Origin: Piromyces finnis finn
Taxonomy: Eukaryota > Fungi > Neocallimastigomycota
NCBI GenBank assembly: GCA_002104945.1
Contig: MCFH01000039.1
Coordinates: 462,827-526,826 of the forward strand
DNA: 64,000 nucleotides
Reading direction: 5' to 3'
Of this stretch, positions 14,198 through 28,485 are shown piece after piece; position 1 is the stretch's first letter; each line of letters starts with the position of its first letter. The translations under genes and the position numbers were made by a program. The notes beneath the pieces are model-generated. The model searched no databases and had not been told where the DNA came from. It was given only the letters and a program-made list of their open reading frames with translations.

Positions 14198-14537
14198 GAA
14201 ACTTCCCTGCTAGAATTGAGCTATAATTATTAATTATTTGATATAATTAAAATAATTATATGCGAAATAATTTAATAAAATTTATATTGAAATATTTTTA
14301 TAATTATATAAAAAAAATTAAAAATTTTTATAAAAATTTTTATATTTAAAATTTTTTTTTTTTTGTTTTGTTTTGTTTATATATATATGTATATATCTTT
14401 CTATTATTATTAATAATTAATATAATTATTAATCTACTAAGTTATCAATCTTCCTCTTACTTATTATTATAATTATATACTTATATAGTTAGTATATATA
14501 TATTTTAATACATTTATAATTTTATTTCATTTTATTT

Positions 14538-17500
14538 CTACTCCCTGAATGGTAATATATTTTTAAAATGGACATTTCTTTCTAAATATTGTCCCGTCAG
14601 TTCATCTTGTAATTTAGCTGTGTTCCAAGATATTTCTCTAATAATAAAAGGACCAATAAAATAGGGTTCTAACTTGTTTCTTTGTTGGTTCCTAATCTTT
14701 ACCTTATCCCCTATTTTGTAGTTATTTTTATTGTTCATACTTTGTTGAGCTAATCTTCTACTTTTCCAATAATTTATCGTCCCTAGCATTTTACTGGCAG
14801 CTTGTTTTACCCATTTGGCGTGGTCTATAAATCTTTCCATTAATAATTCTTCTATTGATCTTTCTTCTATACTTAATATTGAATTTCTTATATTTATATC
14901 AATTGGAATATTTTCTGATCTTCCATACAAGAGTTCAAAACTTGAATAACCAGTAGAAACAGATTTACAAGTTCGAATAGCCCATAATGCAATTGGTAAC
15001 AATACATCCCAGTTTTCATTGTTATCAGAGATATTTCTTAATTGCTTACCAATTTCTCTGTTTCTGTTTTCCACCAGTCCATTAGATTCCGGATGGTATG
15101 TACTAATGAAATGAATGTATACATCATAAAGATCTACAAATATTTTTGTGTACTCTGAAACAAATTGTACACCATTATCTGTTATTATTAATTGTGGAGT
15201 TCCATGCCTACTAAATACTTCAACTAAGAAATTAGTTACGTCTTGAGAAGTAGTAGTTCTAACTGGTTTTGCTTCCACCCATTTTGTAAAGTAATCCACA
15301 CATACCATTATATATTTATTCCCAAGTGTGGTTTCTCTTAATGGACCTATAATATCAAGACCAAGTCTAACAAAGGGTGCTTCTACAGGAGTTCTAAACT
15401 TTTCTGTCGGCTTTGGTAATGGCTCAGATTTATTTAACTGACATATTTTACATAAAGAGACATATTTTTTTACATCTGATTAAATTTTTCCAATAAAATT
15501 TGTTTTTGATTCTTTCATAAGTTTTCTGTACTCCTTCATGTCCAATTCTATGCTCTTTTGCAATTATTTTAATTTTAGTGTAAGGGTCATCAATAATCTC
15601 CCTAAAATTATTATTATCCTTGAAATATAATTTATTGTCAATAGTGACAATTTTATCATTTAAAAATTTTTTCATAAAATCGGAAACAAATTTTTCGTTC
15701 TCCTCCTCGGTAAAATTGGAACTATTGGTTTTGTTGGAAACATCGATATTTTTGATATTATTATTATTATCATTATTATTATTATTATTATTAATTTCCA
15801 AATTATCCAAATTATTAGCAATAAACTTATTAATGTTACCATTATTCTCATCTTTATTATTATTGTCATTACCATCAGAAATAGTAGTGTTAACAATTAA
15901 ATTCTCTTTCAAAGTTATTCTGGATAAAGCATTAGCAATTTTATTAGCTTTTCCTGGTTGATAAATAATATTAACTTTTAATTGACTAAATTTATCACAC
16001 CAGCGTTGATGTTTCTTTGTATTCGGTTCTCCTTTCTTAATGATGGGAACTAAAGGTTCATGATCAGTATAAAGAATGGTTTGAAATGGATTCCCTAGAA
16101 TATATGGTTCAAATTGTAAAAGACAATAATAAGCAGCAGTACCTTCTAATTCAGTAGTGGTATAATTTTCTTCCGTTTTCTTAATACTTCTACTAACAAA
16201 ATAAACTGGGTGTTCAATATTGTCATCATATAACTGTAGTAAAACACCACCAATTCCATATCCACAAGCATCAGATCTAATTATAAAAGGAACATCAAAT
16301 TTAGGAAAACAAAGAATTGGTGCATTAACTAGGCAATATATCAGATTTCTGAAACTTTGTTCTTGAATTTCTGTCCATTCATATTTAATTTTTTTCTTTA
16401 ATAGTTTGCAAAGAGGAGCTGCAATAGCAGAATAATTTTCAATAAAATTTCTGTAATAACTAGTCATACCTAAAAATGAACGTAGTTCAGAAATATCTCG
16501 TGGTGGGTTCATTTCTTTAATAGATGCGACTTTCTTTTCCAAAGGAAGTAAGCCATCAATAGTAACCCGATGACCTAAAGCCTCTATTTCAAGTTGACAA
16601 AAAGAACATTTCTCAATATTTAACTTTAATTTGTTATTACGTAAAATAGTAAAAACTTTTCTTAAGTCATTAATATGATCTTCAAAACTGGGAGAATAAA
16701 TAATAACATCATCTAAATATATTTGAACACATTCATTAATTAAATCGAAAAAGATACGATTCATTTCACGCTGAAAAGTGGCAGGAGCATTAGTTAATCC
16801 AAAAGGCATAACTTTAAAATAATAGTTACCAAATTTAGTGGTAAAAGAAGTTTTATCCATATCTTCTTTGAACATAGGAATTTGATGATATCCACTAAAT
16901 AAATCGATTGTTGAAAAGATTTTTGAGTCTTTAAGTGAGTCAAAAATTTCTTTGATTTTAGGTAGGGCGTATGCATCTTTAACAGTTACATTATTTAATT
17001 TTCTAAAATCAATGCAAAGGCGCCATTTTCCATTTTTCTTCTTAACCATAACCACTGGAGAAGCCCACGGAGAATGAGACGGTTCAATTAGACCTTTATT
17101 AATTAGTTTTTCTAATTCTTCTTTTAAACCTGATAATTGAACTTGTGAAATATTATAAGCTTTTTGTTTAATAGGGCGCACATTATCCTCCAAAATAATG
17201 TGGTGTGGTAACAAATTTGATGGTTCCAAATCATCAGAAGATACAGCAATAACATCATTAAAATTTTTAAGAAGAGAACTAAATAAATTTTTATCAACAT
17301 CGTTATCAACTTTGATATTAGAAATTATATTATTAATAATATCCATTTTATTATTATTATTATTTTCTATTTTGTTAAGTCTATTTTCTTCAACTACAGC
17401 TAAAATAGTACTAGCGGTTATATCTTCATAATCAAAATAAATATCTTCTACATCATTGGAATAGCAAGAAAGAGCTTGGGATTGAAATATAGAAATATCT

Positions 17501-18996
17501 TCAACATCAACAATAGGAATAAATTTATTATCAGAAGATTTCAAAATTAATGTTTTATCAACTGTATCAATCATAATGCGATTTTCATTTTGTGTTTTAA
17601 ATCCAATAATAGCATCATAAAATGAATCGTTTTTATCTGATATTCTAAATATAGAATCAAATTCAATTTTGCCTATTTTTACATGAAGTTTCACTAGATC
17701 ATATACTCTAGCAACATCATCAACCATTGCTTGTCTTATTCTTCCTCTAATTTGTCCTACAATTTCAAAATCTTTAATTTTATTATCTAAAAAGGAGCGC
17801 GTAATTAAATTTGTATTACTACATGCATCAATAAATATAGCTGCTGAATGGGAATTGATTGTACCATGAACAACTGCAACATCATGATCGTTTACTTTGG
17901 TTCTTCCATCGATATTAATGAAATTATTATTTAATTTATACAAATTATTATTATTTTCATCAACTTCAGTGGTACTAATAGTAATATTATCCAACTTTAA
18001 ATTCTTTAATCCCTTAATTAATTCAGCTTTGGACGTTTTACTAACACCTAAAAGTTGTCCAAAAGTAATATTAGCTGGAGTATTTAATAAATCGGTACAT
18101 ATATTATATTCTTCTGAATCTTTTAGCATTTGGATTGAAGTTTTTGTTTTTATACTATTAGAATTATCACTAGGTAATATATTTTCCAAAGTGGATTCTT
18201 CATTTATACGCGTGTTTTTACGCGTTTTCTTTACCTTATTAGCTTCTTTCATATCTATATCGGTATTTAAACTAGTAGTCTTATTTTTCTTTGATTTATC
18301 TTCATTTTCTAATTTAAAATTTACTTTCTTGGTTTTATTATTCTTATCAATTGAATTATCATTAATATTATTATTCAATTTTATATTATTATTTATATCT
18401 TTTTCATTATTATTATTATCCGAAGTGTTATCTTTAATATTGCTATAATTATTTTTATTATTGATATTGATATTGTTATTAATATTATTATTATCATTAT
18501 TATTTAAATTATTATTGTTAAAATTATTACTAGAATTATTAGTATTATTATTGGTATTAAAATTATTATTATAGATATCATCAAAATTATTACTAATATT
18601 ATTGTTAAAATTATTTTCATTTGTAATATTGCTATTCATATTATTAAAATTATTATTATTCATATTATTATTTAAATTAGTTTTATTCATATTATTAATG
18701 TTATTATTAGTGTTAATATTAGTATTAATATTTTTAAAATTATTCTTTTCTCTTTCTGTATTAGGAATTCTGGAATATGGATTTTTAGCTTTTAATTTCT
18801 CATCTCGATGTCTTTTAGCTGCAGCAACAATAGCTTCATAATTAGGTGAATAAGTAGTTGCTGTAACATCGGGATTCATTGTATTATTATTATTATAGTA
18901 ATAGTTATTATTAGTGTTGGCAGTTTGATTAACGGAAGTTTGCCCTCTTCCATAACCTAGTTTTTTGTATAATATGTAGAGTTCATGTGTGGGCAA
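14538..18996 (-). CDS. pol: Gypsy Pol (PR-RT-RNaseH-INT), with one frameshift near 15480
   Basis: 1182-aa ORF (IFIDACS, WASPVVMV, QIYLDD, RSDACGYGIGGVL) plus a 256-aa integrase ORF (VDYFTKW, ITDNGVQF, GPF). The two join by a single indel before the integrase CxxC. Confidence 0.9.
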
Positions 18997-19886
18997 AATC
19001 TGGCAATATGACCTGGTTCATGGCAGAAATAACAGGTCTTTATGTGTAAGTTCTGCATTCCGTTAATCAAATCATTCATTTCATCATTTTGATTATTAAT
19101 GCTAGTAGTTAATCTTGTATTATTATTAGAATTTGATATATTAGAATATTGTGTACTAGCACCATTATTCATACTATTATAGCTTTTACTATAATTAACA
19201 TTATTACCATTATTATTACTATTATTATTAACATTATTATTTACTTTAATATTATGTGGAGGATTGTAATTATTGTAATTATTCGAATATCTAGGCCTAC
19301 TATAAGTATAATTCGAATTATTATAATTGTTATTATTAGTACGACGGTAGTTCATAGACGAAGTACTAGCTCTAAGATTTGGACCATTATGAATTTCATA
19401 ATATCTTTCAGCAATCCCCATAGCATCTTCAATTGATTTTGGATCTGCGAATGCAACCTTTTCATAAACATCATCTTGTGCAACTAGAGCGAATTCATAG
19501 TCATACACAGAAATCTTGTCTTTGAATTCATCTGGCAGATCATCATAAAGCTTCATAAACTTTTTATCAAATTCTAATACATTTTCATTAACTTCAATTT
19601 TTAACATTTTTAATTTCCTAAATTTGGCAGCTTTATCATTGTTTGAATGATATTTCTTCATAAGTATTACTTTACATTCATTAAGAGATAAGTCTCTATT
19701 TACTTTTCTCCTATGTTCCAGAATCGCTTTGGTAGCTTCTTCACGCGTACTAGCCAAAATATAACGGTAGATATCTTCATTAGCTACCTTTTCTATAGCT
19801 AACCAATTTTCTAAAAGATCCACCCAGGTATCTACATCTTGGTTAGTTCCTCCAATTGTTGGAAGTGGAATTTTAAATTCACCCAT
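18957..19886 (-). CDS. gag: Gypsy Gag (309 aa) with CCHC zinc knuckle
   Basis: Intact ORF with CYFCHEPGHIARFC. Ends in the slippery A AAA AAC immediately before TAG. Confidence 0.9.
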   Translation of the reverse strand: MGEFKIPLPTIGGTNQDVDTWVDLLENWLAIEKVANEDIYRYILASTREEATKAILEHRRKVNRDLSLNECKVILMKKYHSNNDKAAKFRKLKMLKIEVNENVLEFDKKFMKLYDDLPDEFKDKISVYDYEFALVAQDDVYEKVAFADPKSIEDAMGIAERYYEIHNGPNLRASTSSMNYRRTNNNNYNNSNYTYSRPRYSNNYNNYNPPHNIKVNNNVNNNSNNNGNNVNYSKSYNSMNNGASTQYSNISNSNNNTRLTTSINNQNDEMNDLINGMQNLHIKTCYFCHEPGHIARFCPHMNSTYYTKN

Positions 19887-20640
19887 TATTGAATTGAAAA
19901 TAGAATAAATAATTAAATGGTAATATTATATGAAATAAAAAAAAATAAAATAAAAATAAATGTAATTCTTAATTATAAGATTAAAATAATGTAAATAATA
20001 CAATATTTTAATTCTCTTTAAATAAAATAAAATAAAATAAAATAATTAAAATAGTTAGAATTAAAATAAGTAAGAAGATACAATATTTTAATTCACTTAA
20101 AATAATATGAAAATTTCTTTAAAATAAAACTCACTATAACTAATATAGTTGGTAGTAAGCTTAATCAGATATTATAAAATAAGTAAAAATATTATAAAAT
20201 ATGTAATAATAATTCTTAAATATAAAATTCTTTATATATAATATAATGTTATATAGTAATATAACATAAAACTTTTCAAACTATTGAATAAAAATAAAAT
20301 AAATAATCTACCAACTAATAAACATATATGAATAAAAGATTAATCGTTTTTATTCTGGTCCGATTTCCCCAGTTTCTCTTATTCAATTATATAAAAATAA
20401 TAAAATTGTATTAATAATAATATTCTTGTGGATATTAGAATATAGCTTGACTAAAGTAAATACTCTAAATTTCACAAAATACAAAGGTAAAATAAAGAAA
20501 ATAAAAATAACAATTAATTCAATTCAATAATATCGCGTTTATTTTCCACTTAATAATAAAACACTCAAACTAAATAATTAAATTCACCTATATTATAGAT
20601 TTAATTAACTAATATTAATATCTTTTATTCTACAACCTCA

Positions 20641-20652
20641 CACTTCGCACCA
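20641..20652 (-). promoter_or_regulatory. Primer-binding site TGGTGCGAAGTG (tRNA 3'-CCA type, possibly tRNA-Phe)
   Basis: Starts with TGG 3 nt from the LTR. Its complement ends TTCGCACCA, which I recall as the 3' end of yeast tRNA-Phe. tRNA identity not verified. Confidence 0.7.
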
Positions 20653-20655
20653 ATT

Positions 20656-21225
20656 TGATATAAGTTTCTTTTATGTTGTAGTAATTTAATATTAGTTTAT
20701 TTATAATTTATTATATTAGGTGAAAAATATTTTATTACTATTAACTTCTCTCTTATTAATAATTTCACTTATAATATTTTCTTATTAATTATTAAAGCTC
20801 TTCCCTTTCTAATTATTAATTATTTTTACATGAATATTTTTATATTATAAAATTCCTATAATTGAATATCAATTATATAATGTAATGTATTCATAATATA
20901 TGAATAATAATTAAATAGGATATAGTATAATATATTTTACATTTTATATGAAATATTACTATATAAGGAAAGGTAATGTAATACAAATAAGTATTACAAT
21001 AAAATTAATACTAATATATAATATTAATATTTAAGAATATAATGAAATATGTACATGAATTCTATAACTAATATATAAATAATGTATTATAATATATATC
21101 AATTATTATATTATTATTATGAAATATTATATATAAATTTCTAAAGATGAAATTGAATATTTTAAATAATAAAAATTATTTTAAATATTGGCTAATATGT
21201 AGCTAGACATATTAATTTCATATCA
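20656..21225 (-). repeat. 5' LTR of gypsy 13628-21225
   Basis: Direct repeat of 13628-14197, followed on the minus strand by the PBS. Confidence 0.95.
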
Positions 21226-22512
21226 AATTTGACTAACAAGAGAACAATAACTTTAGATATATCATCCTATTAAAATAAATACTATAGGATGATATGACTC
21301 TTTATTTATTATAAACATTGCCAACTTGCCAACACACTAAATAAATAACAAAATCCTTTCTAATCACATTTCTACCACTTGAACCATAAATCTATGCAAA
21401 TGAGATACACGTGATCCTCTTTTGAATATAAATAATCACTCTTTATTAAATGACTGATAAAAATAGGAATTACTATATCTATCTTTTAGTACACTTTATT
21501 TCCTATATTACCTAAAGACGAAACTCTTTTTAATAACAAACACCTGAATAAACAATACATGACCAACTATCAACCTCTTCACATAAATCTATGTTTTATT
21601 ATTAATTATAAAATGTTTTCTTTGTTTATTATTAATACTTAACTATCATTTTAGTTATTTATTAATATATACAAAAAAAGATATTTTCTATAACTAATAA
21701 TAATATTATTAAGCTATACTTATGTACTAAATTATAGTAAACAAGCAATACCCAAAAAATTTCTTTTTATATTAAATTGTATACAAAAAGCGCACATAAA
21801 ATTTCTTAATGATACCCATTGTACAACTTTGTTTCTACAATCTTGTAATGTATACAGTATTGTATAGTAATATCTTATAATATTCTACATTTGTAAGATT
21901 CTTTACATTACCTATACATTATTCATATCTTAAATACGCCTTACATTATCAACTTTTTCATATTTATTATCACAAAAAGGTATATACTTACGTAAAGTGG
22001 CGTATGATCCTAGGTTTTTATTCTCTTTGATGTTTTCTTGTTATGTTACTACCTAGTGGAAGTGGCGCATTATAGAAAATATCAGTTTATTATCTCTCAT
22101 GATTAAATTGTTTTTTCTCAAATTTTCTTTATTCTATAGTTAAAAACACATGTATTTTATTTCTTTTAATTCATGTAACTTGCTTTTATTACTTGTGCTA
22201 ATAAATTTAGTACAAATCACAAGTATTTAATTACATAAATAATTAAATAAAATAAAAGAATTTAAAACCTAACCCCTCTTTTCAAAAATTTTCTTTAATT
22301 TATATTCATATATTGCAATATATTATACATATTATATTAAATATATTCTTTATTTAATTATCATTTTATTTCATATTTCACCTATAACTATATATTGATT
22401 TATATTTAATATATATATTATTTCAATTTGTTATATAATTATACTTTTTAATATACAACTTATTTTATATTATTTCAATCGTTTGGTATTCGATTTTTTT
22501 TTGGCGTAGCGA

Positions 22513-22863
22513 TTTTACGAATACTAGTGGAATCTTCAATTTCAAGTGATCTTGAAATTGTGAAATTACTTCTAAAAAAACAGAAATTTTATTATTATCA
22601 AATTTTAAAGAACATCAGAAACATTAAAAATTCAAGTAACAAGACCTTAACCCTTTTAGAAATTATTATAAACACCTTTAACTCTTAAGGTCATAATTCT
22701 ATAACAAAAAACATACATAACTCAACAACGAATGGCAATTTTGGATAATTGTGTTTTCGATAATTTTACGTTCGTTAGAAAGCCACGCTCAAGAATTACA
22801 ACATATGTTAATGCGAGTATGATATCTCTGCTGGTTCACGGGATATTATGGTTTAAAGATAAT
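22513..22863 (+). repeat. LTR-like segment homologous to 6490-6859 (opposite strand), preceded by a pre-PPT hairpin
   Basis: Degenerate start TTTTACGAATACTAG. Shares an identical 25-nt block and a CTCTGCTGGTTCACG block with 6503-6584. Confidence 0.65.
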
Positions 22864-23539
22864 TGTAAAGATGTAAAATAATTAAATAATAAATAATTTT
22901 AAAATATCAGAGTTAAAAATGAAATTTGGATAAATATTCAAATTAGATCTTAAATAGCTTTTATTTAATTAAAATTAATTTAATAAAATATTTAAACTAT
23001 AACTATTTTAGTAAAACTAAATAGGCAATTCAAATCAAGTACTATTCACTTTGAATATGTGATCAAATATTATTTATATTATATTATTTATATACTATTT
23101 ATCTATTTCTATCAAAAATAATAATAAAACTATTAATACTAACCTGTTAAGGTCTTTTCGTGTTTTGATAGTTGTTTTCTAGGGAGTTGTTATTTTAAAG
23201 AATCGTTTTGGCAATAAAAACTAAGAAAATAACACTTAATTAAATAAAACACAAAATTATCAAAACACAAAAAGACCTTAACAGGTTAGTATTAATAGTT
23301 TTATTATTGTTTTTGATAGAAATAGATAAATAGTATATAAATAATATAAATAATACTTGATCACATATTCAAAGCGAATAGTACTTGATTTGAATTGTCT
23401 ATTTAGTTTTACTAAAATAGTTATAGTTTAAATATTTTATTAAACTAATTTTAATTAAATAAAAGCTATTTAAGTGTTATTTTCTTAGTTTTTATTGCCA
23501 AAACGATTCTTTAAAATAATAACTCCCTAGAAAATAACT
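22864..23539. repeat. Rearranged solo LTR of the CTTTACA family with a ~220-bp inverted repeat (22949-23170 / 23258-23474) and a second ~70-bp inverted pair (23171-23240 / 23470-23539)
   Basis: Reverse-complement matches read directly. Left end TGTAAAGAT is the family 3' end in minus orientation. Confidence 0.9.
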
Positions 23540-25959
23540 TGGTAAATCAAAATACAACAAAAAAAAGAGATTAATGAAGTGAGTTTATCCTGTACAATAA
23601 TTGGGTTGGCAGGCTCTTAATCTATATAATAGAATATAAACGTTCGAGGTACACTCAAGTACATTACCCTGTAATAGACAAGCTGGCTTGACAAATAAGT
23701 ATATACTATCTTTTATGTTTTGATTTACTACTGGAAAACTATATGAAGTACCTTTATACTTATTTTAATAAATTATTTAAATAAATTATTTTTCTAATGA
23801 AACATTTTTTCTAATAAAACAAAATTAAATTTTTATTTTAGACAAAATTTTAAATAGTTATAATATTTTAGAAGATTATATTGGCTCCCTTAGCGTGGCT
23901 AGTTAAATAGCTGTAAGTAATACTTCTTTGTTCAATTACTTATGATATTGGGGATAAATTCTAGTTTACTTCTATCAGCTAACAGTAAGTTAGTTATCAA
24001 GAGTTAAACCTCGAACTATCCTTTTATAAATATCTCTTTTATATTAACCATCGAATTTAATTGCGTAATTAAAGAAGAGCTACGAGGGACTTACTAATAT
24101 AATTTTTGACAAACTATACATTTGATGGTTTAACACTATATAGTTTGGCTAATATTATTTTACAATTTAAATTTTTATTTTTGTTTGATTATAAAAAGTT
24201 TTCTTATTTTTTTATTATATTTTACATTGGTTTTTCCAAATGTTACTATTGAATAATGGATGGATTCAACAATATCTTTGAAAATGCATCTTTGAAGGAT
24301 GGCTTCGCGTGAGATAGATGATTTCTCAAAGGATTTTTAGCTAAAATGGAACTTGTCTTCTTGCTTTACCCAGTCAGATATTAAGCTGATCGAACAAAGA
24401 TTCTTTATATTATTTCAAGATTATTTGGTAAACCCTATGAACTGGGCCGCTTCTCTAATTGAAAAAGGGGATCCATGTTTAGGAAATTATGACGCTTTTA
24501 TAAACCGTATTAAAGCATTCTATGGATACAATGACTCCGTTTATGTTGCTAACTAAATGTTAAAAAAATTAAGCAACAACTTTGTGGCGTTAGAGGATAT
24601 ATATTGGAGTTCAACAAGTATGCCGATGAATCTGACTGGAATGAACAAGCCAAGATGGATATCTTTATAGCCGGACTCAATCAACAAGTAGCCATAAAAA
24701 TTTTAGAAATATATCAATGACCAAAAGATCCCTTTTCATTACAAACTGTAGCCTCAAGAATAGATTCAAGGATATCCATTAGGTACAAATTCATCAATAA
24801 TAATACAATAAAAATCAATATTACAAAAATGAGTGAACGAAGAATTTGACAAAATCAGCAAATAATTATCACGGACCTCTCTCAAAAGAAGAAAAAGAAA
24901 GAAGAAAGAAAAATAATATATGCTTATACTGTGGATCACCAAACCATACCAAAAAGGGATAACAGTTCACAACAACAACATTTATGAATATCATTAATAA
25001 CAGTAAAAGACAACATTCCAATTAATTATTTAGTTTTAGTATGGGACGCGAATCTATATTTCCAATTTTAATCGACTCAGGCTCTGAACTCAATTTGATA
25101 GATGAAGATTTTTGTAAGACATACGATATCCCTTATTTCCAAGATGAAGATTTACCTAAAATTCAAGGTTTTGAGGGTAAACAGTCTATTATAGGTGTCA
25201 CTCCAAGTCTCAATTTAAGGTACAAGGATCACTTCTTTACAGTTAGATTTTATGTCAATAATCTATCTTTATATCAGTGTATTTTCGGAACAGAATTGTT
25301 ACGACTACATAATTCAAACATTGAATTTACCAACAAAACTCTTTTTTTAATTCCAATTATTATTTATCACATTGTATATCTGTACCAATTTCAAATATTT
25401 ATCAAAATGGGAATACTTCTTCTTCTGAACATAATTCTGCTTTTATTATTTTCTCACACTCCAATTCCAATTCCGATTCTTCAGAATTCTCTTCTTTTCC
25501 CATCGCCTCTATCATATCTCAGCTTCAATTAAATACAAATGAAAAAATGATCAACAATAATGGTACTACTCAATCTAATGAACTTAATCTTAAAACCTTT
25601 GATCAAATTAAACCCAAGTCTAATATTTCATCTTCTCGTTTTAATAATTTAGTTATCAAGCCTTTTACTTTATATTATAATAAATATCACTCTCAACTTC
25701 ACCTGAAACCTCTACCATCGTCGATAATTTTCCACATTCCATCTTAACTGTTAATAGCGAAAATCCATCTCCTGAAATAATTACACTTACCAAAAAGATC
25801 TAAGAATTTAAAGATGTTTTCAGTGAAGCTTCTGTAGATAAGCTTCATCCACACAGGCCATACGATTATCATTAATATAATAGAAAATGTAAAATTATTC
25901 TATGGTCCTATCTATCAGCTTACCGAAAAAGAATCGAAAGTACTCAAAGCAAAGAGTAT

Positions 25960-26488
25960 TGTAAAGTCGACGAAGAAAGAATAAATTAGGATATCTATTC
26001 TATTACAATAACATCAAAATTAAAAAATAAAAATAAAATTGTTATTAAAAATATAATGGAAATTTATTAATAACAATTACATCGATAAAATGATGAAAAA
26101 TATCTTCTATTTATATTTTTCCTAAATGCATTTATATTATAACTATTTATTTCTTATATATTATTATTTAAAATCTACACTAAAATCTTAATTATTAATA
26201 AAATATTTAAACTATAACTATTTTAGTAAAATTAAATAGGCAATTCAAATTAAGTACCATTCAATTTGAATATGTGCTCATGTGTTATTGATATATTAAT
26301 CATTTAATAATTATATACTATATATATATTTCTATTACAAAACAATACTAAAATTAAGGGTTTGGATTGAGAATTTTAATTTATTTTGTTTTAAACTTTA
26401 ATAATTAATAAATAAATTATGCCTCATTTTTCTTTTTCTGTAATATAATGTGTGTAACTTAAACAATAATATTTATGGCTTAAGTTAC
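25960..26488 (+). mobile_element. Solo LTR, B subtype; 3' end interrupted by a second copy
   Basis: Starts TGTAAAGTCGAC, colinear with 46087-46702, and stops after GGCTTAAGTTAC. Confidence 0.85.
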
Positions 26489-26962
26489 TGTAATGGTGAC
26501 ACAGAAAGAATAGATTAGGATATCTATTCTATTACAATAACACTAAATTTAAAATAAAAATAAAAATTGTTTTATTAGAAATATCTTTTATTATAATAGA
26601 AATTTTATTGATAACAATTACATTGATAAAATGATGAAAAATATCTTCTATTTATATTTTTCCTAAATACATTTATATTATATTATAACTATTTATTTAA
26701 AATATATTATTATTTAAAACCTACACTAAAATCTTAATTATTAATAAAATATTTAAACTATAATTATTTTAGTAAAATTAAATATGCAATTAAAATCAAA
26801 TACTATTTAATTTGAATATGTGCCCATGTATTATTTATATATTAATCATTTATTATTTATATATTATTCATCTTTTTCTATCAAAAACAATACTAAAACT
26901 AAGAAATTAAATTGAGAAATTTAATTTATTTGTAAAACATTAAAAATAAATTACTGATTCTT
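26489..26962 (+). mobile_element. Solo LTR, B subtype, 3'-truncated and joined to RNase H coding sequence
   Basis: Starts TGTAATGGTGACAC and is colinear with 46087. Runs directly into the TDSSNFDIGA codons. Confidence 0.82.
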
Positions 26963-28485
26963 CTAACTTTGATATAGGTGCTATACTTTCTTAAAAATGT
27001 CTAAAAGGTAATCTTACTCATCCTATTGCCTTCTTTTCAAGATCTCTTCAAGGTGCCGAAAAGAATTACCCAATATATGACAAGGAACTTCTTGCTATTA
27101 TGTTTTCCCTCGAAAATTAGCGTTATTTTCTTAAAGGTACAACTGAACCTTTCATTATCTACTCTGACCATAGGAACTTACTTTGTCAAAAGAAACTTCA
27201 AAGATTTCTTAACGTCTTGTTCGTTCGTTCTTATTTCTTTCTGAATTCAATTTTAAAATTCTTTATTGTTCCGTCTCTTCCAATGGTAAACATGATTCCT
27301 TATCCCGTCGCCCTGATTACGCTTTGTCTTTCTCTCCTGATGATGCTACTCCATTTTCTGTTCTTCGCCCTGAAAATTTTTGTGCTATAGTTTCTTCTGT
27401 TTCTACCCTTAATGACTTTATTCTTTCGGAATACAAAAATGATACTTTCTACTCTGATATTTGCAATATCCTTGATAACAAAAACATCACATGTCCTCAC
27501 CTTAAAATTGAAAAATTTTCATTAATAGTTTTCTTCTATTCAATTCAAAAATCTATGTGCCTCCTAATTGCCGTACTTCTATTCTCAAACTTTGCCATGA
27601 CTCCCCCTTGGTCATTTTGGTTTTAAGAAGACGTCTTCGCTTTTATCCCGCGATTTCTGGCGGCCTTCATTCTCTTTTGATGTAAAAGATTACATTCATT
27701 CATGTGGTATTTGCTGTCGTTTAAAATCTTCCCGTCATATATCTTGTGGTTATCTGAATCCTTTTGAGGTCCCTGATCTCCCTTGGTCTTCCATTTCTAT
27801 GGACTTTATCACCGACTTTCCCTTGGATGATGGTTATTCTTGCATCCTTGTTGTAATTGATAGATTTACTAAATTGAGTCATTTTATTGCCCTCAAGAAT
27901 ATTCCTTCCGCTGAAGATACAGACTCTGCTTTCATTGAGAATATTTCCCATCTTCATGGATTTCCTTATGAAATTGTGTCCGATCGCAGATCCAAGTTTA
28001 ATTCAAAGTTTTAGAATGCTGTTTGTTGTTCCTTTAACATATTTTTGAAATTTTTATCGTCCTCCCATCACCAGTCAAACGGACAGACGGAAAGAGTGAA
28101 CTACATTATAGAACAATACCTTAGATATTTCTCTAACTACAAAAGTACAAATTGGAGAAAATATTTGAGTCTAGCAGAATTTAATTATAATAATACAATA
28201 CAGGATTCAGCTTTCTTTCTAAACTATGGCTTTCATCCTAAACATTCTCCAATCATTCCTAGCAAATCCAATATTCCCCGGGCAGAAGAATTTACTACTG
28301 ACTTTAAACAACTAATTAAAAATTTAAAGGAAAATTTAATTAACTTCATTCAAACTCAGAAGAAGTATGTCGATAAGCATAGAAGAAAACCTCCAGAATT
28401 TAAAGTAAACGACAAAGGCTGACTTGACGGCTCTTTAGTTATTCATAAGGGAAATGAAAAGTTCAAACCAAGAAAGCTCGGTCCT

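Larger units (their letters stand above)
13628..21225 (-). mobile_element. Near-complete Ty3/gypsy LTR retrotransposon (non-chromoviral, tRNA-primed)
   Basis: Two 570-bp TG..CA LTRs, apparently identical (13628-14197, 20656-21225). gag, PR, RT (YLDD), RNase H and INT in gypsy order. TGG-type PBS next to the 5' LTR. Flanked by AATT/AATT. Confidence 0.96.

Noticed and set aside
15470-15490. Programmed frameshift between RNase H and integrase (also the indel near 48450)
   Set aside because: No slippery motif. A single indel from mutation or sequencing error is more likely.
20342-20366. Fifth pre-PPT-type hairpin (AATCG...TTCTGGTC-CGATT)
   Set aside because: Loop is 14 nt, it lies antisense in a 5' UTR, and no PPT or LTR follows. 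Probably coincidental.
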